Assembly (NCBI GenBank): GCA_965235115.1 | Contig: OZ249436.1 | Coordinates: forward strand, 20,646,001-20,710,000 | Length of the DNA: 64,000 bases | Origin: Laetmonice hystrix | Taxonomy: Eukaryota | Direction: 5' to 3' | Shown here: one piece after another, positions 1-11,600 of the stretch | Position numbering within the stretch: position 1 is the first letter of the stretch | How the letters are laid out: every line of letters starts with the position of its first letter | Program-made: the position numbers and the translations under genes | The notes under the pieces: generated by a model | What the model was told of the DNA's origin: nothing | Databases searched by the model: none | What the model saw: the letters and a program-made list of their open reading frames with translations, nothing else

Positions 1-140
1 TCAGTAAATGATTTACTCACGGAGCTACCTTACCAACCCAGGCTAGTGGTGGTATTCTCGTGATTCTCAGCTCCACACACCACTATCCATCAGTAAATGA
101 TTTACTCACGGAGCTACCTTATCAACCCGAGCTACCTTAA
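1..140. repeat. 32-bp direct repeat (1-32 = 90-121) with internal palindrome agtaaat-g-atttact, plus a partial copy at 130-140
   Basis: Direct sequence identity. Confidence 0.8.
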
Positions 141-299
141 GGACCGTCTACACTAAGCCGATCTTTTTCACCAGACCGACCGACCAAACTTCACCCGACC
201 GAAAGTTCGGGTGAGAATATTCCTTGGCATAAGACCCGAATGAGAATTCGGGCCGATCACCCGACCATTACTGCACTAAAGGCCCTAAAGGCCCTAAAG

Positions 300-520
300 G
301 GGTGGGTGGGTGGGTATTTGGGGTTTTACGCCTTGCAACAGCCAGGGTCATATCACGGCGGTGAAGATGAGATGAAAGTCAGTTTTTCTTGGTGGAGGAA
401 ACCGGAGTACCCGGAGGAAACCACCGACCTTCGGGAAGGAACTGACTGACAAACCTTTCACACATGCAGCCCAGGCCGGGAATCGAACCCGGGTCGCAGC
501 GGTGTGAGGCGATGGTCCTA
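300..520 (-). mobile_element. tRNA-derived SINE (V-SINE-like core)
   Basis: Reverse strand shows a B-box gggttcgattcccggcctgg and the central ggtttcctccgggtactccggtttcctcc motif; (ACCC)n tail at about 300-315. Confidence 0.7.
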
Positions 521-799
521 GGTGTCATAAAGGCCCGATTTTTCTACATGGGATACCAGCGCGGGCCAACAAGGCGTTCAACGTATTCACTGGTCCTTTA
601 ACTTCTAATGTAAGGAATGTCAACTCTTGCAACCGTCTCTTCAAAAGGGATGGTGGCAGAATTGAAATTAAAAATGATTTGATGAAATCACAACTTGATC
701 TCATGACTGTTCTAGACTTTGACCGGAAATTAAAACTTTTTTGGCCTTGAGAAAAGTACTTTTTTTTTTTTAGATACAAATTAACAATATGCCTACTCT

Positions 800-988
800 G
801 TTTTCAACTGGCGAGGTGTTAATCATTGACAACACAAGTTACTGGCGAGGTGTTAATCATTGACAACACAAGTTGGGAGATTGTTTTCAACTGGTGAGGT
901 GTTAATCATTGACAACACAAGTTGGGAGATTGTTTTCAACTGGCGAGGTGTTAATCATTGACAACACAAGTTGGGAGATTGTTTTCAT
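800..988. repeat. 49-bp tandem repeat, about 4 copies (actggcgaggtgttaatcattgacaacacaagttgggagattgttttca)
   Basis: Visible periodicity. Confidence 0.9.
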
Positions 989-3499
989 CAGTTCGTATTT
1001 ATTTGGCAGCCATGAGGCCGTCTGTCTACAATCGTGCGTGCTTAGCCTGCCTGGGATTGTATGCCTGTCCTGGACCGTTCAACTTTTAAACATGTTGGTA
1101 GGAATCGCAAACCGTTGTGGGCCTCTATTTCCTGCTGAAAGAATATACCTTCCAGGCTTACAGGTCATCATGTATAGCTATGTGCAAGTCACAAATACAC
1201 TAAACGACGTTCCGAAAAAAAGATTATACAATATAATATTTGGTACAAATTGGAACCACCTGTATTCAATCGTTCCAGTTCATGTAGATTTTCAATAATA
1301 AAAACGTTGGTGATTTCCGTGCCGACCGCGTACTCGCATACGTCAACCCAGAATTCATTTCTACGTAGGCCTCACATTATTGGCTTCATGATAAAAAGAA
1401 TACTTGATGTAGGACGGACATTGCAACCGGCTTGAACTGCTATCTGTAAAATGTGCAAGGTGGGGGGTACATGTCACTGTCACCGTGGAGGGACAGCGAC
1501 CAAATCTACAGCGGCCACAGGAGAAAATCTACGGCCAGCGTGGGCACTGCCAGGAACCTTTGTTTTCTAGGGTTCTCTAGTCGTACCGCATGAGTCGTCA
1601 CTGGCAAGAGTCACGATTGAACATCAAAGATAGTGCACTCATTACAAGTTGCTAGTGCATAAAATGATACACATACATCCCTGGACATATAAATCACTAT
1701 AACTTTCTTCCTCTGATCAACATAATAATCTGAACCACCACCCATCGCAATAGTAAATAATATAAGTGCATTGATAGTCTGATAAATTGTAGGACATTAC
1801 ATACTCTTAGCAAGCGCCCATTCCTGGCAATTCCTTGGTAACTGGCACACAAGAATGAGTCGGGGTGCTCTCTCCAACAATTGGCCTGCTTCATGTTCAA
1901 ACATAAACGGGCACGCCTTAGTGCAATCAACTTCCAGTATCAGCTTGGGTATGTTTATATAATACAGCGAATTGGTTGCAAAGCTTAGCGACGTTGGTCC
2001 AGTTAAGAGTGCAATATGATACTACCCTACCCTACCCTACATAGGTATAAAAATATTCATATCAGGAAACTCGTTTTTTGTTCCCCTAAGGTTTTCTTCT
2101 ATAAAACGCATATTTCGCTTGCTACCATCTAGGTGATCTGTTCGAAAATCTTGACTCAAGTTCCGCTGTGCATAAAAGTAGGATGTTGGTTTGAGATGCG
2201 GAGAAAGAAAATGCGTATTTTTTTCTTAGGAATTGTAATTTACGAAAGTTAAATAATTATACGCTCAAAATAACTTTTGACATTAGATAGTAAAAAACCT
2301 GGTATAACAGACATACAATATATGGTCTAGGTCCTCTAGTATATGGGTTTACATAATACGTCTTTATGATAGCAGAATTAAAAGTTATTTATAATAGGGA
2401 TATTTCTTTGTTTACCGACCGAGCGCATAGTTACACAATCCTAATACCTTATGTACACAAATATCGTAAAAATCTAGCAGAGTATTGCTACGAAAAGAAT
2501 TGCCATTCCTAGTGTGTAAACTAAATTCAACTGGTACGACAATTGAAAAAAATAAGCGTTGCCACAGAACGACAAGGCTTATATAAAAAAGTAAGGCAGT
2601 TGGTGCTGAGACTAATACTCATGTGAAAGATGGTACTATAATAAATTATGGTAAATGAACGGTACTGAACACGTGTATAAGTGTTCATCTCAATTACATT
2701 CATTAACACCGTATTCTTCAACTATGCCCACAATATCAGTAACACAGGTTCGATACGACGCCCATAATTAACATATTTCTAAAGAAGAAAGGATGCACTC
2801 TTTCTAATAATATCTGTTGAAATTGTCCAATTTAATAAAACTTAATACTCGTTATTGTGCGGCCATCAGAAGAAAAGGAGACAATATTCCATCACGTTGT
2901 CCCATTCTTCACCCCACTGACCCAGCTTCTACCTTATGCATTTTGTGAAAAAATGTAAATGTTGTGAATAAACAAGTCAAGAATAAATTAGACACAATCA
3001 TCAGAACGAGGTTACTATACAATAGTTAAATAACATGCTCCGTCAATGTTAACATGAACTAAAACAGCAGAGATAAGGCACTACATCTATAGGCGTCCAC
3101 TAAATAACTTTCGTATCATAATATGAACGTGAATTTGTCTTCACTTTTAGTATCCCAATGTTCTCCTATCAACTGAGGTGTAAAATTTTCTGTTTTGGTG
3201 ATAATTCTCTCTGTCAACTCCGGACAGGATATAATGTCCATTCGCCAGAATTTACAATCTACAAAACCGTCAATGAATTACAGCCTTACTCTTGAGACAC
3301 AGTAAACAACGTGTGGGTAACGTCTACTCCCCGGCATTCAATAACAGGTATCCAAAACAATACAATATGTCCATTCATAGCCAAACAAACAAACAAAAAA
3401 ATGACAAATATATATATTATAGCCTATGACATTTGTGGGGGTCCATGTTCTATACATATACGAATACATTGAATGAATGGACATCAATAGTGACATTCT

Positions 3500-4020
3500 A
3501 AAACATGGCATCATAATCTTGTATGCATATAGCTAAAATGGCAAGGATCTGATGCCAATCAGGTAGATGTGTTGATGGGGCTCTCTCCCTGTGTCCTGGA
3601 CTACAATAAACCAATCTCCCGACAAAACTGTCCCTTGGCACCGTCCCCACGAGACCGGCCACGTTTCCAGTCAACAGTGGGCGCACCTGCTTTCCGACTG
3701 TCAGCGCAAGGCAATGTCCTCACTGTCCTGCCCCAGCGTTAGGCCTATATGGTATGTCTAGCAGATGGGAACTGTAACTGTCTTGAGATGAACACAGTAA
3801 AAGACTGTGAAAACATTCATATCCGCCCAATACCACCATCTGTAAATGTTGGGTGTTCCTTCTCCTCGCGGATTGCTGTGACTGTCCATGGACCAGAGAT
3901 TAGTACATCGTCCGGCGTGTGCGTCTTCGACTACATTGGTCCTGGTACATCGTTACACCCACAGGTGGCGCCACATGCACCTTGTGTTCGGTCACAATGT
4001 CAGTGAATGCATCGCCTTCG
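3500..4020 (-). pseudogene. Decayed EGF-like Cys-repeat coding fragment (MEGF/SREC-type)
   Basis: Reads RCIH*HCDRTQGACGATCGCNDVPGPM*SK, with stops where G and C are expected; further GHCL and KGQFCRE pieces lie in shifting frames. Confidence 0.4.
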
Positions 4021-5552
4021 TAAAGATCACGTTGAACACATTTTTGTCAAAATAAAGTTACATCTTGACCGTGGGTATCCTTGACCGAATGGGGGTCGCA
4101 TGAAAGTTTTGCTTGTCCATTCTCTGTCAAGGGAGGTTCTCCGCTAAACTTAGTCTACACCAGTTCCGTATTCTGGTGGGACGCACCAAATCAAAATGCT
4201 TGAAATATATCTACATGCGTGTATCCTTGTTAGCACAGCCATTATATACATCCACAACTTAATCCATATTGGTCTCTGAAAAACAACCGCTCCACTCATT
4301 CTTCGCTACCGCTTACTGAAATAGAAATCAAATAAAAATGTCAAATTTTCTGTGCAGGTAAATGGCAACTTCCCCTCAATATTATACCTGAATTTATCAC
4401 AATTTATAACCGATTATACCAGGACACGATAAGCTCAGATACAGACAAAATACGCAAGGTATTAAGGAGGAATACGAAGAGCGAGCGAGAGAGATAGCGA
4501 ACATTTGACTCCAGTAGAAACGTATAGCCTATGTGACTCTACTCACAAAGACAAGAGGTACAAGGTAATTAGATATGGCGGCGTCTTGAATTCTCATGTC
4601 CCCACCTCGGCGGAGAGGGGAGTGAGAGGTAAATAAACAGAGTTTAGCCACCCGCTACTTTCATGTTATACAAGAAACGTGGAAAGTCCTGAAGACAGAT
4701 ATAGGTGAGACGTTGTGAAGTAGACAAGGTAATACAAAATACGATTACCGAGCATGCTGAGATAATAACGTAAAACAGCGGTTAGATAGGAGGACATGGT
4801 TGAGTGTAAAGTGCAGGGCAGAGTGGGGAGGATGGGGGAGACATCATGGCAATGCACGAGTTAGTGACGAGCATGACAAAAAAAACAAACCCTCACACCA
4901 AATACTCGGCACATTTATACCAACTGAGTATTCATCTTATGAATGTAAATATAACATTTCTGAACAAATGAATATGATTAGCCAATGTCAAAATGATACG
5001 TTCTGGGTGTGAGGCAAAGTTATAACTAAACTTGGAAAAATGTTAATATGAAAACTGAATGTGAAACATTTTGTCTGATGGTGTTTTTTTGTTTGTTTTT
5101 GTTTTATAAGATGGTCTACTTAACTCCTTACGTTATAGGTTTAACGGAAAACTTTTCTTCTTTTGAGAAAAAAAAACCAGGGAACAAAATCATATTCATT
5201 ATATCTGAAAGGTTCAAAGCAATCTGGGAAACCATTTCTAGCAGTGGCATTCCGAACAACCCAGAAGAAAAATCAACTTTGTCGTGATGTGTCACATTCC
5301 CATACAATATACCCAGCATTCATGAGCAAAAAATAAACGTATGATGCCGTGTGCATACGGGTTTATATATACGTGATAAGAAACGATGCAGGTATACGGA
5401 CACGTCGGTCTGAACAGGTCAGGCCAGTGTCTGGTCCGGGTATAATAACGAGCGGAGTGAACCATACCAAACGACGAGTGGACAGGGTCAATGAAAACTG
5501 TACCCACGGTCTTCACGGGTTTTGTGTGTATGTTTCGCCGACAGAGCGAGCT

Positions 5553-5684
5553 TTAGTAGTTTGTGTCATCACCATCATCATAGTACGACTCATATTCATC
5601 TTCGTAAAACTGCTCTCGAAGCTCAGAGAGGGGTGTGCCCCGGTGGATGGTGTCTATTTTCAATTCTCCCGGAACACCAAGATC
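5553..5684 (-). CDS. Probable terminal coding exon [43 protein letters not shown]
   Basis: ccatttcag|gat; open in phase 0 for 43 codons to TAA (5553-5555), in frame with both NC4 exons; protein-like composition. No AATAAA found nearby downstream. Confidence 0.65.
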   Translation of the reverse strand, partial: DLGVPGELKIDTIHRGTPLSELREQFYEDEYESYYDDGDDTNY

Positions 5685-8600
5685 CTGAAATGGGCGGTAC
5701 GTATAGGAAAGATGATGAGTGTGGTATGACGGGACACAATGACGTCATGCACCACACGTCGCACATATCGCGCTCAGCGGACCGCTTGCGTAAGCAACGC
5801 GTACGTATAGGCAGTGGTTAAACTAGTCTACACGCTTCCAAACCATATTCAGGTGTTAGGTGTCTTGTCCGGGTGGAGGTAAGTATTACGTGGTTTCTTT
5901 TTTACAAGACAAGCTCCACTCTGTCGGATACAAGTACGCTGAAAACGAAGTTCTACTACGAAAAAAAGATTTTCGCTCACCACATGGGAGTTTGAGACGA
6001 ACACGAGCAAACAACACAGGTACACGCGCGCGCATCCTGGTATTTAGGCTTGAACAATGAAAATGCCACACCGCGCCATATTATCGCAGCCATTACCACT
6101 TTACCTCAACGGTATCAGTTGGTCCTCTGTTGATCGATTGCCAGAACTAGAAACGTAGTCATTCAGGTCAATACTTCCAGCTGTGCATGTCAACACTTTG
6201 CATTTGTGTAACGACACACATCAAATCAGTGTGGACTATCGAGAAATAAAGTGTAGTTATGGGAGAACTGCTGTTTTGTCATGGCAATACTGCCCATTTA
6301 ACCTGATCGACTGCTTAGCAGTATATAGTGGTACAATGATATTAATTGGTAAGGTAAAAGCTCTATTATACATTTATGTGTTTGATTGTACAGTCATAAC
6401 ATTTATTTTGTTGTAGCCAGCGGTATTTTGTAAAAGGAACAACAAAATATGACAAATCAGCATTAGTGGAAAAGATTACACACATTTATATTTCGACGGC
6501 ACACTCAACAACAAAACATTAACACATGCTGGAGCGTGGAGATGACTAGAGAGGGAGAGAGGGGGCCGAGAGAGCGATTTGAGGAGTGAAAAATTGTCGG
6601 CGAGAAGGCGTCATGCACTTTTGACGACGGTCCTAACGAAGCTATGGGAATGTTCGGCAGACAGGAGCTACGCCTTTTGCATCACACCTCACCGGTCAAA
6701 GGGCCTCAGTCCCTCCCCTACTGCTGACTGTCACTTCTGAGAGCTTAGAATAACCACAAGGCACTCCCTTACCAATGCAAGAATCGTAGCTTGACGTCCT
6801 TTCAGTATTCCAACCAAAGCCTGCTGTATTTCTTCTCATATGGTCCATCAGTTCTTTACCCCACAACAAGTCCCTAAAGTGGACCTCCCTCTCCGAACCC
6901 TGTCAGTAAGGGCCTGCCACAACGAGGCACTAATCGAAGAGCACACCCCGTTTCCATGACAACCCCTAAATCACTTACTCAAACAGCAGAATAGACAGTG
7001 TGACCACTTCGATCAAACAGAAACATTATTGAACATTGATTCTCTAATGTAAGCCTTTGGTTTATGTGAACATGTTTAGAATAGTAATATTGGCACATCA
7101 TGGAACCATATCTGTGTCAAATAATTCCCTGTTGATTACAATACTCCCTATTTTATTATGTAAGTGTGTTATTCCCTACTTTATTATGTTTCATACGGAC
7201 CAGTATTTATCAAAAAATGTCAGATTTGCCCAGAAGAAGACGGTTAATGGTGCAATGCAAAAGGCCGCGGTTAAAACAGCAGCGTAAAGTTAGGATCCCA
7301 TTCAGGATCCGATTCGACTCATATAGGCCCATATGGGCCACTCCCAATCTTTGTCCACGGGTTTCCTCTATACTGTGGATAGCCCACCTGGGCTAGAGTG
7401 TGCTGGGACCCTTCACTAAGCCATTGACCCCGTAGGGAACACAGGGGATAGACGGATCTTGGTAAAGTCCATGGGACTATTCGAATCGCATCCTGAATCG
7501 CATCCTAACTTCACACTGCTGGTTAAAGCTGCGACTTCAATATAGAGTCTATGCCCAGGTCATCAGTGGGAATGTCATAATGTGCTTAAGATGTGATACA
7601 GCAATGTGCCTATTAAGCTTAATGCTGTATGCAAATAAAACGCCGCATCGAAATGTTTAGATTCTTTTTGAGGCTGGCATTTTATAGTCATACAACTTGA
7701 GAGTCAAAAATAGATCAATCACCGAAATAATCAAAACTTTGGGACAGTTTCCATTGCCATTTAATTTACCTTCTTCTACGATAACTAAACCGCGGGACTT
7801 TGACTGAATGAATGTATTTTAGATACGAAATAAAAAATAACCTCCCATATACGACTGAGCACATTAAAGAGATTTAAGAAAAAGAAAAGAGAAAAGGATT
7901 TTTGAAGTTTAGTTTCATCAAGGACTATAGTAATATGCAAGATCTAACTCGGTTACTCTATACCCCCTTCCTGCTTCGTTACATCTACCAGTTACCGATA
8001 TAGCAGTACACTATAAAATTAGTCTTTACAACTATCCCAAAGTTGCAATTAGATGGGATGACTAGATTTTATTGTCACCCTGAAGGAATGCACCAGATCT
8101 ATGCTTTGAGCTATGCACCAGCTACCAAAGTACGCCGCCAATACAAAATTCTTTAAACAAAACAAACTCTACCAAACAAATTGTCACAGTTAATTTAGTC
8201 AAACTGATTTGTACAGATTGATGCAAAATCCCTTGTGAATATACGTACTGTGAAACAAGAATTTTTCTCTTTGTGCAGTTCTAGTTCTACGTGTTGTCTG
8301 AGTCGTGAGATTTACAGAACCATGGAAAAATAAGAGATGCTGGTCTCTTTAATGTGTTACACATTTTAATTTTACACCGAGAGATTGGAATCAGCACGAG
8401 TTTTTCAAATAAATGCTAAATCAGGACGGATCTCTTATTTTTCCATGAGGCGAGTCGACGTGTTCTCCCAGTGGTGTATGAAAAGCAGTCAGCAGTTCAA
8501 AACGTAAACCGTGAAAAAGATCTTGTTTTACAGTGAGTGACCGACCACTGCTGGACAGGGGATCCAACATGTTGCCTTCCTGGTCACCTGCCGTCAGCGG

Positions 8601-11600
8601 TGCACTGCTCAAAGTCATTTCGTGAAGAAATCGTACTTAATCTGTTGCGTAATTAAACATGCACATTACCTGATCAGGTGGAGGGTCATGATAGGGCTTC
8701 TTTTGACCTCTGCGGGGGTTGATGCCACAGCCGGGCACCGGCAAACCGTTGGGTCCCACGGGACAGGGGGCGTCTAGGCCAGGGAGACCCTATGGATAAC
8801 ACAGCATGCGTTCACTGTCTCACTGCCCTCGGCCATGCTGCATGCGTCTCGGCATTACGCAGCGAGCGCGCCAGCATGCACGATACCCAACGAGTAAATC
8901 GGAACGACTCAAGGCCCACCTTGGGGTTATTGGAGCGCAAGGTCGTTAGATAATTATCAATGGATCTAGCAACTATCTAAGAAGGATTAATTGCATTATT
9001 AGATGAACTACATGTTTTGTTGTAGAAAGACGCAATTCGACAACATGAAAGAAAACGGTGGAGAGAGAGGCGCAAGGCGCACCACGTTCGCCTGTAGAGT
9101 AAGAGAAGAGATTCTATAGACACATTGACTGGGGCGACCACAACAACACAACATACATCTATACAACACACCAAATCCTAAACTATCAATTCAACTGGGA
9201 GGGATGGAGAAAATGGAGCAAGAGTGTCTCAGGAACAGGGATTTGTATAAAACAGCATTCTGCATCAGCCTTTCATTTACGACAAATAAACTTATTCAAA
9301 TTAGTGCTGCATGCTTAACGACTTATTAAAAACATTTTGACATAAAAGACGCACATGACAGTTACAATGAAGATGAGTTTACTAGTTTCCGGGCTAGAAC
9401 TGATTACCAAAGAATACACAAGCACTTCAGTAACAAATGAATGTGTTATTTGCAAAGTAGGTGGAACGAGTTAAAGTTTCATGAAGCACATCTTGAACAT
9501 CTGTAGAGATACGGAAAGTAAGCACACTTAAGCAATTTACATGTAGTTATTTAATACGTTCTCGAGGTTGGAGCAGCTGAACCCGAATGATCCAATTCTG
9601 CTAATCCAGAGGAAATAAAAATAACACTAGGAAACAGTTGAAATTAAAAGATGAGGCAGGCTTACATTCAGTCACTACCACTGTATGCACACATCGTACC
9701 GAGAATATGTCAAGATTTAGAACCTCTGTAATTACACTTTTCTAGGGATATCTCTGATTTCGAGATTTGGTATACACGTCCTCCTTCCATTAATAAGACA
9801 TCAGAAGAGCGCCTCGACTGGTCGGATGTTGAGTGTGTGAGTGGGTAGAGACCTATAGTAAACCAAACCTCGACTGACACGGACTGCGACATGCAGGATC
9901 CAGTGATTGAGGGACGTCCCCACTGAGGACAACACATGCCATGCAGAGAAGCTGCGTCGCGTTACCTCCGGTGGCAACTTCCACCCACAGCCTGGCAATG
10001 GAAGCCCGTCAGGCCCCACGGGGCACGGGGCGTCAAGTCCGGGAATGCCCTGCTCCGGGGAAACACAGGCCCAGCGTCAACACCCGGCAAGGCAAAGCCA
10101 CCCAACGCCACCCATTGAAAGTATTAAACAAAGTTTGGGGGGTCTACTGCTGCTGCTGCGGCGGCGGCGGCTGCTGCCGCTGCCTCTCTACAGCAGGAGA
10201 TGCATCCTACGCTCTATAGCAAACCATTATTGCATTTTGAAGGCATTGCTCCACTCCCAATCTAAGGCAAACAGTGAAAGATTCCACCAGCAGCGATTCT
10301 TTACTAAACCTTCCCCGGCAATGAGACTGTTGATAGGTTATGCACAAAATGCAAAGAGGGTCCTTCAATAAATGACACCAATATGAGATAGAGGCCGCAT
10401 CCAATAGTCTATGTGAGATCGCCAGGTCCTTTACCACGAGTAGGAGTACAGAGAGCCTAATGTCTACAGCGGAGAGCGAGGCGGGTTTACTGAAGCGCGG
10501 TGCACGTGGCCGTACCTTCCCTTCCCATAGTCCATGACTAAAAATTTCATTTTCCTGGCTACTGCTACCTCCTTCATAACTTGAAAATATTACACAACTT
10601 CCCCAATATGTGTTGATTGGTCTACATGAAAACTGAATGAAAATATCGAGAAAACAAGCAAACGATAAAACCAAATAAAATAAAATATAAAAAAAATAGC
10701 GAAAGTTGTCTAATTGCACTTGCGGCGGGAAATGAATTATATTAATAATGCTTGACCATGGCTATCATCATACACCCACCAAAAATCTCTTCCATGGATT
10801 GATATTTAGACAAAAAACGTGAAGACAATAATTTGCCGACATTCCGATGACGGTCAACCAGGTCCGTAATCAAACATACCACCTACCTGTTCACCCTTTT
10901 CACCCTTTATTCCTTTCTTCCCTCGTTTTCCACGGGGACCCTGTAACATGGTATTTGTTACATAATATACCACCCAGAAATACAAAGTCTGGCCGAGCTG
11001 GCAGTGTGGTTCGTTAATTGAGTAAACACCTTCTTGGTTCACACCAAGTAATATTTAGACTTTAGAAAATACGAATCAATTTGGTTGTATCAATTGTACC
11101 ATTTATGTACCACTGATCTATGTTATTTTCAATGTGACAGTAGTTCTGTCACTTAGGTTGTACCTTATCTCCAAAATCGCCTTTAGCTCCAGGTGGACCC
11201 TGAAAATAGGACAGTAGTATTCATATTCACACAACCGATCTGTTATAGTGGCAATCTTTGTTTACCACAATGAGAAGAAAAGTGGTGCATTAAACACTTG
11301 ATTTCAATTAGTCGCAATGTCAAAACCAACTCTCATACTACTTCTTTATTCCTACTAGGACTTATTTATGTGCGTCGTTTCAATCCCCGTGTCGATCATA
11401 TTTCAAGGTCTTCTGCCACACGAAGGTGAAAAAGCCACAGACAGTCGGTGCCATGGGCCTACACACATAACACAGGCCCAATGAGGCGCATATTTTTAAC
11501 AGCCATTTCTCCTGGGATCATGCAGTCGTCCACACTTACAACATTATAAACCGTACACGGCACAACTTAACTCTACTGAAACGTCAATGAAACTCTACCT

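Noticed and set aside
1-140. CRISPR array
   Set aside because: Only two full copies, eukaryotic intron-rich context and no cas genes.
8421-8618. Alternative last exon right after NC4 copy B (CTADGR* or VTRKATCW...*)
   Set aside because: It would need an intron of only about 65-80 nt with a mediocre acceptor. It cannot be excluded, since an AATAAA lies at about 8070 on the minus strand, but it is unsupported.
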